Shown: positions 1-14,689, numbered from the stretch's first letter. The stretch: 64,000 nucleotides of DNA from the human T2T-CHM13v2.0 reference genome, Homo sapiens (GCF_009914755.1 NC_060931.1); one strand, 5' to 3'. A program made the numbers and translations. The notes: generated by a model not told the origin, from the letters alone.

Positions 1-950
1 CCGTTTTTCATTTTCTACTAAGTCTGATTTGCTGCTTAATTGTCCAAGTTTTAAAATTTCTATGATTTTATTTTTCATTTCAAAAAGTTCTATTTGACTT
101 TTTTTAAAAAACGGCTGTTTCCTAAAAAAAATCTTTTGCTTATTACTCATGGTTTAAATTCTCTGTTATATGTCTTAAGCATATTAAACATGCGTATTTT
201 ATGTGCTTTGTGTATTAGCTTCCATAAATGTCTAGTTCTGATGTTTGTTCTTTATTTTTTTTTCTGATTCTTAGTATGGTGCTATTACCTGGTATGGTTT
301 GGAATTTTTTAATTATGACTTTAATTCATTGTAATTTACATATGGGAATATTTTGAGGTCTGGATCTAGGAGGCATTCTCCCAGAAAGGATTTGCCTTTA
401 TATCTACTGGGCACGTGGAGGCCCTGCAAACTCTGGTATACTTTGTTACAACTAATGACTTCAGATTGTAGAAGACACATAGTGCAATATCAGGCCCCAA
501 GCGCTCTACGTTCTGGCCCTTAGCTATGAATTCTCAAGGGAGATGTTTTCCCTTTCTCCAAAGCCAAGGCAGACAAGTTGCCAAGGCAGACAAGTTTCAA
601 AGGGCTGATTTTGTTTGTGGTTTCTGCTTCCTAACTCACCCTTTCCTGGAGGACAGAGTCCTTCCTGAGTCTCTGCTGTAAAGGGTAGACCTCCACCATG
701 AACCCCCTCGCCTCTGGGCCCTGTGCCTAACTACTAATCCCAAGAGGCAGCCGTCCTCCTCCCGAGGGCTGCATGGACTCAGTGCTCTCTTACTTCCCTT
801 GTATGCCTTTGCTTCACATTCCTGCCTCAGAGGTGTTTTCTTACTTTCTTGGAAATTCACACATGACTTTTAAAGGATGTTTAGAAAATATTTTAAACAG
901 CATTTCAGTGTTTTGTACTGGCAGGATTTCAAGATCTCTAATCCATCCTA
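1..950 (-). mobile_element. Old degenerate LINE-1-related fragment (HAL1/L1M-like)
   Basis: T-rich 'ttttcatttcaaaaagttctatttgactttttt' texture typical of antisense ancient L1/HAL1. Subfamily and ends uncertain. Confidence 0.45.
563..596. repeat. Perfect 17-bp tandem duplication
   Basis: gccaaggcagacaagtt at 563-579 and 580-596. Confidence 0.95.
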
Positions 951-983
951 CTGTTGAAAATAGAAGCCCAGGTACATTTTCTT

Positions 984-1532
<549 letters not shown>

Positions 1533-2199
1533 CAGGTACATTTTCTTAATGGTACCTTATGGGGAAGTTTTCAACTCTGGGCTTGACAAATATAGGAAGA
1601 TTGATTAACTATAAAGTGTTTTCTAAATGTTTAGCTTAAATATAAGCATATGTACAAACAATTACAAAATGTACAGATAAAGCTACAAAATAATCAATCC
1701 CACAGGGAACTCTTAGCCGGAAGTGGCTAAAAGATTCTTTAGTCGTCATCCTGATCCTATAGTCCCCATTGAGCTTTCTCTTTTAATAATGCTGGTCGAT
1801 ACAAGTGGACTCGATTTATTAAAAGAGATTTCAGTTGCTGAGAACTGGCAGTCTTTATGTCTGTACAGGATCTGATTTTGGTCTCCATTGATTGTCGGCC
1901 AAAGTTCTGGCTGTTCTGCTGCTCTTGTTTCTTCACATATTGTGCATGTGCTCAAAGGGTATAAACTTGCAGCTGCCTCACCCTAATGATTCCATTTACT
2001 CAAAATACTTTCCATGTATTGTTATAATGAAAAGAATTATGATAGTATTTTTGGGTTTTGTTGGAGGAGAAACAAGGCCATGATCTGATCCTGGGGCAAT
2101 GTAGTAAGGATGTTGTAGGTAAGTTTTGGGTTAAAATCCCAGAGCTTTTTTCTCCATGTACACTTCTGTTTCTGTCTTAAAAACAGTTAGTTAAATATC

Positions 2200-2320
2200 A
2201 CGACAGGTTTAGTTGCTATGATTGGAAGACTGCTGAGAGTCCATGTGCCAGATAGAAATCCAGGTTCTATTACTACAGAGAAGGGGAGAATGGATATTGG
2301 GAGAACTCAGTATGTGTGGA
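2200..2320 (-). mobile_element. MLT1J/K-like MaLR LTR fragment
   Basis: 'ggttctattactacagagaaggggagaatggatattgggag' resembles an old MLT1 terminus. Confidence 0.5.
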
Positions 2321-4499
2321 GGATAGTGGTGTGAGGCCATGCTTGACATGTAGGTCTTGGACCGACCATGAAGAATCCAAAGCTAAATATGTTAGCCTTT
2401 ATCTGATAGGTGAAAGGAAACCACAGAGGTGTTTAAACAATGGAACAGAATATTCATATCATGTGAAGAAAATAAAGTTCAAACACATTTCAGAGAAGCC
2501 AGACATAGAAGCAATACCAAGAACAATTCGATATTTTCAGAATTATGTTCAAAATGTTTCATAATCACACACTCATCTTTATATGATATATAAAATAACT
2601 CATCTCTGCATCAAAATAGGCCCACTTTTAATATAAATTTATATTAATTACTGAAATTTTCATTCCAGAAAATGTGTATATTTTTAGAGCATTTAGTGTA
2701 TGAGACAAAAAGGCCTTTGTGACATATTACCCTCTATTTTCTGTCTGTTGGTGTCTCTTAAAAGGAATTTCCTGGCATTTACCACAGAATGATAGCTTAA
2801 ATTCAATTTAATACTCATCTTTGTCCTTAATATTCCCTTGGGTCATTTCTCAAATGAGAGATTTAGTTAACTGAGTTGACACGAGAAATTAGGAGTAATT
2901 TTATATGCACTTTCCTCTCTGTGAAATAGGCAAATTGTTATTCATTAGCTTACCAATTCCCCAGAAGGACATTTTGACCTAAGTACAAAGTGCTGTTATT
3001 GAAAACGTTGAAGGACAGTCAAAATTGTGAGTTTCTCATAAAAATAATTTTTGGCATTTTTACACAGACTATGTGTAAAATGATTTAAAAAGACTTTACT
3101 ACTGATGTTTTGATAAAGTGCCACTTTGCTTATTTAATGATAAAAAGATCAAGATGTAGGTTGGATGTATATTACATTCAACATGACTGAGTTAACTATT
3201 TTTCTGTTTGTTTTTACGTTTAATAAATATAGGCAATTAGTGACAGGGTGCTACCACAGCCTTGATAGTTTTTGCCATTGCTTAACTAAAATAATAACAT
3301 CAAATTACATTGCTCAATTTCCATGAGGACCAAAGTGGCTGGGCAGAATTCCATCATTTGCTGGAAAGGAAATGATAACTGGGTCATGTCCTATAGTAAA
3401 AATTGGCACAACTTTGTAAAGAAGAATTCATACCCAATCAAATTTATTTCTTGCTATTTCTCAGTGATGAGCCATTGAGCCTGAAAGTAATTTAATTCCA
3501 GTTTCTATTATATTCAAACCAATCAGTTAGAAGATAGGATCTAGCCAAGTGTTTCTTAAACTGTAAGGCTGTGAGCTCTTGGCATTCTTCTCTTATTTAA
3601 CTTCTGATTTCTTTTTCTTTCCACTCTATTTCCATGTTAGCACATTATTCTTTATCCTTTGTTTACAAGCATCATGCCCTTGCCCTCTGCCCTCTCACAA
3701 ACAGAATCTAGTTTTTGAAAGAAAAAAATGTAATTTAGGTTGACTACCTGTTAGGAAATAAGATAAAAATGCATTGCATTTATTAACAAAATGAAAATCT
3801 GAAAGGTTTTGGTATTATTGTTAAGTGATATGAAGCGTTGTACTGAGAATATCAGAACCATTTAAGGATTTTAAATGTTTAAAAATCTGAATAAAGTACA
3901 TGTAAATCTAACTAAAGGATTTAAACTAAAGCTGAAAAATTCCTCAAAGAGGTCATGAGTAGAGGCTGTCTGAGGGTAAAATGACTTTTTTCACATCAGT
4001 GAAAGGATGAGGAATTTGGCCCACTAGGAATTCATGCAGCTTCTAACTGGATGGTCTCCGCTATCTGGCAATCCCTTCAGGCCTCTTTTGTAGACTGCTT
4101 GTCCACTCTAGCCATAAGAGCTATTCCAGATTTTCTCTGGTCTCAAACCTGAATCCCACCTACTTACCCAGATTTTAATAATTGGCATTTCCTCTTACTT
4201 TTCTGACCAGATGAAAGCTGTAGGTTCTGAAGTCTTTCACTCCTGCATCATCTGACTTCACCTGTCAACCCCTTTCTACCCTCATGAAGGGTCATGTGAT
4301 CCCAGCTCAGCTCAACCTGAGGCTCTGAGCTAGATCCCGATCCCTATCAAAGGAAGTAGCGTAAACTGCTCAACAGGATAAATGTGCTGTTAATCCTCCT
4401 CTGATATTATGGCTAGTTTTAATAATTGAGCTTCTGCTTTGTTATTTTGACTTATAGTGGACACTGCCTTACTCAGCAATTCACTTCTCCCTACCAGTC

Positions 4500-5360
4500 T
4501 CAATTACTAAGGTTGTGTCTAAATCATCATCCTATTGCTAGAACCTTGTCATTTGCTTCTAGATGCCCTGATGCTGCAGAGTATCTTGCCATCTAACACC
4601 TGTCCCCAGACTTTTCACGAGTTCTTTGTATACTTGAACTCCAGTCGCCTTCCCTATGTTGCCCTGATAGTGGCCATGTACTGGACAATCTTGTCATCAT
4701 AAGTTGGGTACCATGCCCTACTGTCCTGTGTAGACTTCCTTCCTCTATCTGTACGCGGCTCTGTTGCACAGTCCTTCCCTACCCCAGTCATCATGTTCAG
4801 TCTCCAATCTCTTCAACAGGCCAAATCTCATCAAGGTGATAAGCTCTGTTCTGAAAGCTTAGATGCTATAAGCTCATTCCCGTCCCCTGCCCCCACTTTT
4901 CATTATGTATAGAAGAAAAAGTGATTTCACATCATTCCAAGGCCAGCTCCTAGAATACTTGACCAGTGCCCTTAATCCCCTCCCATCCTATGTCTTTTCG
5001 TTTATCTAGGGTTTTGGTCTGTTATTCGCTTTCTCATTCTTACTTTTTCTGTGGGACCTTTCAACTCTGCCTTCAAACATGCACTTGTTTTCCTAGGCTT
5101 GAGATAAAAGAACAACATCTCTTGATCTTGCTGCTAGTGCTTGACTATTGTTCTGTTTTCTCCTTCCTAAGCTTAATAAACTTTTAGAATAAATGACCTA
5201 TCATTTCTTACCATGTATTCTGCTCTTTACATCTTAGATTGTGGCCTGCTCCTCTTTCCTACCCAAACTGCTGAAATATTCATCTGAATCAATCAATTTG
5301 GTGACTCTTTTTCAGTTATCATTATTCCTAATTTATCTCTGCAATAATACCAATAGCCAC
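4500..5360 (+). mobile_element. L2 LINE internal fragments
   Basis: Pyrimidine-rich L2 texture. 'gtggccatgtactggacaatcttgtcatc' resembles the L2 endonuclease GHTLDLVI region. Confidence 0.5.
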
Positions 5361-6327
5361 CACTTATTGAGCAGCTGCTGTGTGCTAAAAAAAGTGTTCA
5401 AGCTTAATAAAAATTTGCAGACTATTTTTCCCCAATAGTGTTAACTTTAACCATCTTAGAAATAAGTGGTTCTTTTAAATGGGAAATTCTCTTTGCTTCT
5501 GCCCTGTTCTTTCTCCTCCCCACCTTATGTTGCTCTGTCCACTGAGAATCAACTTCTGTGGCACTTGCAGAAACCTTCCTGCTCAACATCTGGTTATCAC
5601 TTGGAAGTGTAACTTTTTCTAATAACTTTTGCCTAACAGTTAAAGGCACCATTATAAACCACAACACATGATATGAGTGGAACTTTGTATGCCCTAATTA
5701 CATGGGCCCTGTCATGTGTGTCTGAAGTCTTACATTTGATTGGCTCTCTCCTCTCCAATGTCAAATGGAAATGTAATCAACCAGAAGTTTTTCTTTTCAG
5801 GGTTTCATGTATTATTGATGCTTCATGAAAACAGAGTAAAAAATAATCTTATCATTGACAAAGAAACACTTATATCGAACTGCTTACATCTCCGCGGAAT
5901 TTTATATTTCGTTTGCTTTTGAAAGCCAGTAGTATTACTACCATCCCTCCATCTCTCCCCCTCACACATCCACACACACAAACTTAGAGAAAGGAAACAT
6001 TCAAAACACGATCTCTGTATAGAAGTGGTCAGATTTTAAAGAGCTAAAGATATATTTTCAAATTTAAGTAACTGTATAAATTAAACCTAACGCACACCGA
6101 TACTTCCTTTGTGCAAGCAAGGACTTCTTTCAAAGTATTTGTGCTTTATCTATGCATGACTGCATTTGTTTGTTTTTTCCTCTTACGATTTTAAAGTATG
6201 TCTCTGTAATGCCCATATGAAAATAGAAAAAAAGTATTGATTCTACCTCTAATCCCCAGAGAAATGAGAAATGAAGTAAACAAATAAGTAGTTATTAATT
6301 AAGAGATTATTACCTATGCTAGAAACT

Positions 6328-7336
6328 CTGTATGTCAGTTGTAGGCCCTTCATGTTGAGATTCATTCCCCAATCCTTTTCTTCTTACCTCTGTCATACAG
6401 ATTGGAATATTTGCTAGGTTCCTGTCTCTACTGGATTATGGATGGATCTGGCCAATGGGAGGCACTCGCAGGAGGCTAGAGGACAGAAGGAAGGAAGAAG
6501 CCAGAGTATTTCTCTTCTCTACCCATTCTGCTTTGAATGCAGGTGGACAGAGGTCACTTTCTTTAGTCAGCGTTCTCTAGAGGGACAGAACTAATAGGAC
6601 AGATGTATATATAAAGGGGAGTTTATTAAAGAGTATTGACTCACTGGATCATAAGGTGAGGTCCCACAATAGGCCATCTGCAAGCTGAGGAGCAAGGAAG
6701 CCAGTCCAAGTCCCAAAACCTCAAAAGTAGGGAAGCCAACTGTGCAGCCTTCGGTCTGTAGTTGAAGGTCCAAGTGACCCAAAGCTGAAGGACTTGGAGT
6801 CTGATGTTCAAGAAGCATCCAGTACTGGAGAAAAATGGAGGCCAGAAGACTGAGCCAGTCCAGTCTTTCCACGTTCCTCTGCCTGCTTTCATCCCAGCCA
6901 TGCTGGCAGCTGATTAGATTGTGCCCACCCAGATTGAGGGTGGGTCTGCCTCTCCCAGTCCACTTACTCAAATGTTATTCTCTTTGGCAACACCCTCACA
7001 GACACACGCAGGATCAATACTTTGCATCCTTCAATCCAACCAAGTTGACACTTAATATTAACCATCGCACTTTCCTTTCATGGCTCCAGTTTCCACCATA
7101 CAGGCCACTATAGTCCCAGGGTCCTCTGGGTGTCCTCTCCCATGGGGCTTTGGTAACACTATGGCTTCCCTCTGTCCCTTTAGAGAAGAGAGTGGCTTCC
7201 TGAAAGTTGCTTCCTGGGTTGCCTTGCTGGTCCTTCTAGGTCTTATTCCCTGTGGAACAAGTTCCCTAGATTTCATTTCATCTGTTTTTGATATTCAAAA
7301 TGGTTTCTGCTTCATGGCTGGATCATAACAGACACA
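6328..7336 (+). mobile_element. LTR33-like ERVL LTR, split by MLT2A
   Basis: 'tggccaatgggaggcactcgcaggagg' core and '...ggtttctgcttcatggctggatcataacagacaca' end. Pieces lie at about 6328-6561 and 7070-7336. Confidence 0.6.
6562..7069 (-). mobile_element. MLT2A (HERV-L) solo LTR
   Basis: Runs from 'ttagtcagcgttctctagagggacagaactaatagga' to 'caagttgacacttaatattaaccatcgca'. 5-bp TSD ctttc at 6557-6561 and 7070-7074. Confidence 0.92.
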
Positions 7337-7799
7337 TCCTACCTATTCAGAAAAACCCAGATAATGCCGTACGCTTTTAGGAATAGAGGAAAAATAAACT
7401 ATGTACCATTTTTTAAAAATGCCATCATTTGCTTGTTTAATCTATTGAATTTGAAATTAAAATTACCTCAAAAATTTTCCATTTTTTCATCTACTGTTTA
7501 ATGTTTCTGATATCGCTCTCTCTTAACAGTATGACCACACATTAAAATTTTACACCAGATGTTTTCATTACTCTGCAATAAAAACTCTTGGCATTGTATT
7601 TTTCATACATTTTAAGCTATTGTCATGGCCATTTCATCTTTGGGCCAAGCTTCTCTTGCTCATTTTGTTAATGAGTCATCTCATCTTCTTGTAAGCCAAT
7701 CTCAAAGAAAAATGGCTTTTTGGACTACGTTAGGCTTTGTTTAACTTATTCAAGCCAGGGCACACTTTTGACTTAATAAATGAACCATTACTATTAGGA

Positions 7800-8330
7800 G
7801 ATCAGCAAAATCTATTTGACGCCTACCTTCTATAGCTCTGTAATACATATTATGGGAACAGAAACATGAAGGAGCTCACACACCCTACCTGGTAGAGAGG
7901 GAGGGGTGGACCATTTGGTTTTCAAGGGATGAAGGTACAGAATGATATGACTAATAACCCTAGAAGAAAAGGCAGTCACATAGAGGAATTTAGGCTTAAA
8001 TTTTGTATAAGCACATTATAACCTGAGATGAGTCACGTGAATGGACCGATACTACAAACAGGTGAGACTGACTAAGAACCACTTCATGAAAGAAGTGAGC
8101 TTTAAGCAGAAGAAAGAGACCAAGCAGCTTTAGTGGGGAAGGTGGGGTAAAATGATATTTCTAGGTAGGCAAAAAGCACACACAGAGGCTTAAAGTTCCA
8201 GAAAATAAAGAGCAAATGGATTTACCAGGCAGGAGGACACAAGAGCAGGTCAGTTGTGAAGCAGAGAGGGAAGAGAAGTAGAAACAGCAGCCTAGTGCAG
8301 AGTCCTGAATGAGTTAGGAAGAGATTTGAT
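7800..8330 (-). mobile_element. L2 fragment
   Basis: Starts 'cagcaaaatctatttgacgcctacc' (L2 tail in antisense), followed by a purine-rich body. Confidence 0.5.
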
Positions 8331-8924
8331 GCGGAAGACGAAGAGAGGATTCTGAGGGTGGGAATAAATCGCTTTCTTTTAACCTTATCTCTTTCGTGCT
8401 TTGAGACTAGAAAACCTTCTTAATGTGTTAGGGGATTTTGGGAAAAATGTCCCTAATATGTGAGAATAAAATAGAAACTTGTATATAGAAGCCTGTGTAT
8501 ACTGAGGATGCTCAGCTCCTTCGATGACTTATGTTTGATTTGTATGAGTTCAAATGGCCCAAAAGGGCTGAAAGCCAGGTCTCCAGACTTGAGACTGATG
8601 TTTTTCTGACCATGTCATTCTTTTTTACAAAGCGTTACTTGTCACTACTGGGAGACAGAATATTGGACTGAATAGATAACTACTCTGATCTACAATGGCA
8701 TATTTTTTGGTTTATTTCTTTTTGATGAATTCTTTCACTTTTAAAAAAATTTCCTCAAGATCCTCCACACTAATATTAGTCTCAGACTCTCTGATTTACC
8801 TTCACTCTTCCACTCCTTGCTGCTGACAGAGTGCTCAGATTTGATCAAGAGGTTGCATTGTTTAAAACCTACCAATGCACTCTCCACATGCAGAGAGGTC
8901 CATGCTCTTGGTATGGCATGTGTG

Positions 8925-9107
8925 TAGGGTTGCCAGGTTGGCAAATAAAAAATACAGGATATCTAGCTAATTTGAATTTTAAACATTGGATTTTTAAATG
9001 TATAAGTATGTCCTGTGAAATATTTAGGACATACTTATGCTAAAAAAGTAATGTCTATCTGAAATTCAAAGTTAACTGGGCACCCTCTATTTTATCTGGC
9101 AACACTA
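8925..9107. mobile_element. MER53 palindromic hAT MITE
   Basis: TIRs tagggttgccag / ctggcaacacta, internal palindrome, central 'ataagtatgtcct...aggacatacttat'. Confidence 0.93.
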
Positions 9108-11819
9108 GATAGACAGTCCATCCTTATCTTCCACCCTAGGCTCTTCTTGCACCATCCCCTCACCCCCGCTCCACCCCGGTGCCCAACATTCCAGCCATCT
9201 CCATCTGCCCCAGTTCCTGGGACCCTCCCGCATTTCGTATGTTAACTGCCACCAGCACTTTACTCACATTGTGCTCTCTGCCTGAACTAAAGTTCTTTTA
9301 CTTAAATCTGGACCTTGAGGACTGTGGAACTCCAAATGGAGGACATCCAGTAAGGTGTATTCTGCCATTTCTTCTGGAAGCCCCCGCTTCTGCCAGTGGG
9401 GCAAAGGGTTCTGGGTGAAGGGGTTGCGGCTATGCTGTTGGGGAGTAGGAATCAATGTTTCAGGCCTGGTCTTTTCAGTCTGAAGGTGCTCTCCCTGTTT
9501 CAAAATAACAGAGTCTCACTTGCTCCTGAAATAACCTTCCTTACAGCTTTATGAGTACAGCCTTGACTCGGGGCCCCCAGCTCAAGGCTCACTGTCCTTC
9601 CCTAGGCTGCACAGCTCCCTTTCTGGACTGGCCATCGCCACTGTGAACCCTGCCAGGTTCATGTGGATCATCAGAGAAGCTCCTGCCTTGTGTTGACTGG
9701 GGTCCTGCTTCTACCCACACTAGAGCTCTCCAGCAAAGCAGCCTTCCCAAATTATATCTCAAATGGTGTGGATGCTTTTGTTAAACTGGTTTCCCTCATT
9801 TTAAAATAATGTCTATGTTGTAACATCGGGAAATGTGACACTTGGATAAACAACTTTTGATATAAAAGTCTCTGTATGTGTGAAATTGAAATAGGGCACA
9901 TCAATTAAACTCTCAATCAACAATTAAGCATATTTTCATGTTATGAGGACTAAGAATAATGGGTTTGATCAAGCTGCTATTTGTGAGAATATGCTGACCC
10001 TGCATCTAAGAAATTCCGCTCCTGTGGGAAGAGCTTATTCCTGATATCAAATGTAATGTTTCTCTATGACAATCAGAGTGTGGGTTTCTAGCAGGATTTC
10101 CCACCGGCTGAATAAACAAATGTTACAAAGTGTTTACCAGTGTATCACTAGAAGTTTCTGGAAATTGCATTTAAAAGATCTGTCTGTGTACTTAGATTCT
10201 TCCTTCCTTAGGCAGAGAACCACACAGACAGTCCCAGGCTAATCTGCAAAGCGCACTGCAGTTGCACTAAATCCTCCCAGCAAAACATCATAAAACCCTT
10301 CCTGTTTGACTTTACACAGCATTTAAACATCAAAATAATTACCAGGAGGCTGAGGAAGCCGTGTCACAGCTCAGGTCAAGCTGTTCTCTCCCGAAGCAGA
10401 GGTACAGAGCAGAATGTGCACGGCGGCTGATTAGGGCAAGTGGGCCAGGCTTAGGGATGGGAGAAAAGGTAGGACACTGTAATGGGAGGTCAATTATCTC
10501 ATGCCATCTTTAGGTACCAGCAATGAGTAACTTTATGAAGAACTACTTTATGTTCTTTAGAAGTCCTTCAGAGCTAACGTGATGCAATATAGCTGTTACT
10601 CATTCACTTCCTTAAACTTTAAACTTTTTGAGGTTTACAAATTAAATCATAATAATATAAAACAATTATGTCCAGTAACAGCCACATCTGACTGATTGGC
10701 ACTGCTGTTATATAAAACTCCTTAGAGAACTCTCGGTTTGATGTTAAAATAAAAAAAGAAAAAAGCCTCGTTTTTCAAAAAGGAGGACAACTGACTCTTC
10801 AAGATGCATTTTTCTTCCTTTTAGCCCTTCATGCATGCCTCATTCTGTGCATGAAAAGACTGAATATATTTCCTAGGGTCGGTCACACTGCTTTCCACAG
10901 TTTGCAAAAATTAAGGGATATTACTGGATTAAAAACAAGCAAACACCGTGCCCATTCTGTCAAACAGCCATGCTGTTCTGAGTATGATGTGCCATGCTCA
11001 GAAAATAGGCCGTGCTCATTTTTATTGATTTATTTCAAAACTTCTCTCAGTCAAAGCGACCCTGGAGGTTTAATAACATTTTTTGCTATAGACTGCAGCA
11101 GAGACATATTAGGCAGGACTGGTGAAATATAGCCATTAACATATAAATCCAATGCCTTATCAATAACACATTTTAAAGTTGGTGACAAGACCTAAAAATC
11201 ATCATTTAATACCATTACATTCAGCAGCTTTTTCATTTGACATGATGCTTTAGTGATTTAGTGCCATGACTATAAAATGTCAGGAGGATTTATTGGCGTG
11301 AATCAGATCAATTCGTATTAGAAAATAGGAACAAAAACTAAAACATCCTTTTTGCGACCTACTATATTCTGTTCTAAGCAGAGAGGATTGAAGTAATATC
11401 TAATTAGAACCCTTAATATTAGCATTAGAATTATTTTTTCTTAAATTTCATTCTAAAGCATGGAGCAATTGTGTCTAGGAGTCACGGCAGAAAATGAAAG
11501 ATATTTTATCCATGGGCAGCACATTTCCAGTTCCATCAAGCTCAAGTAATAATTTTATCAATCATCATATAAAGAGTAGATTTCTAAGTGAATCTTGAAT
11601 CTGTTTTAGAGGAATAAATGGGAGAGAAACACCAGGACATTGAATTATTTCAAATATAATGACAATTAATCCCTCCTGCCATATTGATGTTTGTTTCCAT
11701 GGAAACATTGCTTACAAAAAATAGTTAATATTTTGTTTTGCTTGGGAAATCAAGTTTACACATTTCTTCCCGCACAATTACTATGATTAGTTATGAGAAT
11801 TAGCATTGGACTTAATATC

Positions 11820-12021
11820 ACTTCTAAGCAAGTGTGATAAATACTATGGTAGGGGTATGCCGAGAGCACAGAGGAGGATCACGTAGCTCAGACTATCCAG
11901 GAAGGCTTCTTGGAAGAGGTGATGCCTGAGTTGCCTTCAAGGACAAGAAAGAGTTAGGTGAAGAATGAAGGAAGGGATATCCAGGTGGAGGAAATAAAAG
12001 AGGAACAAGAAAATAGTAGAG
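11820..12021 (-). mobile_element. L2 fragment
   Basis: 'ccaggaaggcttcttggaagaggtgatgcctgagttg' is a typical L2 antisense motif. Confidence 0.65.
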
Positions 12022-12032
12022 AAAGAAGAATC

Positions 12033-13313
<1,281 letters not shown>

Positions 13314-13369
13314 AAAAGAAGATCAGATTTTAAGTGCCATTGCTTATCTCTGTCTCACTGAGAATCTTT

Positions 13370-13686
13370 CTTTCTTTCTTTCTTTTTTTTTTTTTTTTGA
13401 GATGGAGTTTCCGCTCTTGTTGCCCAGGCTGGAGTGCAATGGTGTGCTCTTGGCTCTCCGCAACTTCTGCCTCCCATGTTCAGGCAATTCTCCTGCCTCA
13501 GCCTCCCAAGTAGCTGGGATTACAGGCATGCACCACACCACCACACCTGGCTAATTTTGTATTTTTAATCGAGATGGGGTTTCCCCATGTTGGTCAGGCT
13601 GGTCTCAAACTCCCGACCTCAGGTGATCCACTCACCTCGGCCTCCCAAAGTGTTGGGATTACAGGTGTGAGCCACCACACCCAGCC
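13370..13686 (-). mobile_element. AluSp/Sq
   Basis: 'ctcttgttgcccaggctggagtgcaatgg' and 'catgttggtcaggctgg'. TSD gagaatcttt at 13360-13369 and 13687-13696. Tail is (CTTT)n plus T. Confidence 0.95.
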
Positions 13687-13739
13687 GAGAATCTTTACCT
13701 GGAAGACAATGAAGGTCTGTAAAGGACATTTGTTATTTT

Positions 13740-14668
13740 TACATGTCAGGCATCTGTTTTCTTTGAAGGTAACTACACTCTGACTTTCCCTGGAGAACCA
13801 TACATCCCCCACATTGGCTATCAGGTTTGCGTGAATCGAACAATTCTAACTTCATGGACGTATGACTTAGGCTTGGCCAGTCAAATTGCATTATACTAAC
13901 CAGAGTAATTGGCTCAGGGGTTGTATTATTTCCCTATTGTTAACTGTAACCAATTAACACAAATTTAATAGCTTAAATATAAATATAAATTTATTATCTT
14001 ATAGTCCTGGAGGTCCGAAGCCCCCAAATCAAGGTGTCAGCAGGGCTGTATTCCTTCTGGCTCTGGGTATCTTTCAGATCTTTCTCTGATCTCTGCTTCT
14101 GTCATAAAGTCTCCTACTATGACTGTTACCTCCCTGCCTTCCTCTTACAAGGATTATGTGATTACATTGGGCCCTTCTGAATTATCCAGGAAAATCTTCG
14201 AATCTCAAGATCCTTGACTTAATCACATCTGCAAAGTTCCTTTTGCCATGTAAGGTAAGATATTCTGGGGACTTAAACATTGGCTTCTTTGGGGGCCGTT
14301 ATTCTCTCTACCACAGGGATGTTCATGTGACCTAAGATAGGCCAATAAGACAACCCCTATATTAAATTGGAAATATTGGGAAAGAGGTACTCTCTTTTTG
14401 CTAGAGAATTAAAATGGTGGAAATGTTAATTTTAGAGCTGCTCTTACTCATTTTGCTACCACTTTGGAGCGCCTACCTAGGAATAAAGTCAACAGAAACA
14501 AAACAAAGTAAAGGGTGCAGAGGGAGGGAATCCTGTTGTCCATTGCAGCTGGATGTGTGCTTCTACCTCTGGACTTTCCAGTTACCTGAGCCAGCAAATT
14601 CCCATTTTTGTAGAAGCCAGTTTGAAATGCATTTCTCTTGATGCAACTAAGAGTCTTGAGAAATACAG
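13740..14668 (+). mobile_element. Old MLT1 (J/K/L-like) LTR, split by MLT1D
   Basis: Ends 'ctctggactttccagttacctgagccagcaaattccc...gcaactaagagtcttgagaaataca'. Confidence 0.65.
13922..14315 (-). mobile_element. MLT1C/D solo LTR
   Basis: Runs from 'tgtattatttccctattg' through 'ttaatcacatctgcaaagttccttttgccatgtaaggtaa' to 'ctaccaca'. Near-TSD ggggt/gggat. Confidence 0.88.
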
Positions 14669-14689
14669 CAGCAAGTAAGGCTTTTAAAA

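Noticed and set aside
1746-1955. 69-aa minus-strand ORF in unique DNA
   Set aside because: No recognisable homology or splice context, and the length is within chance expectation.
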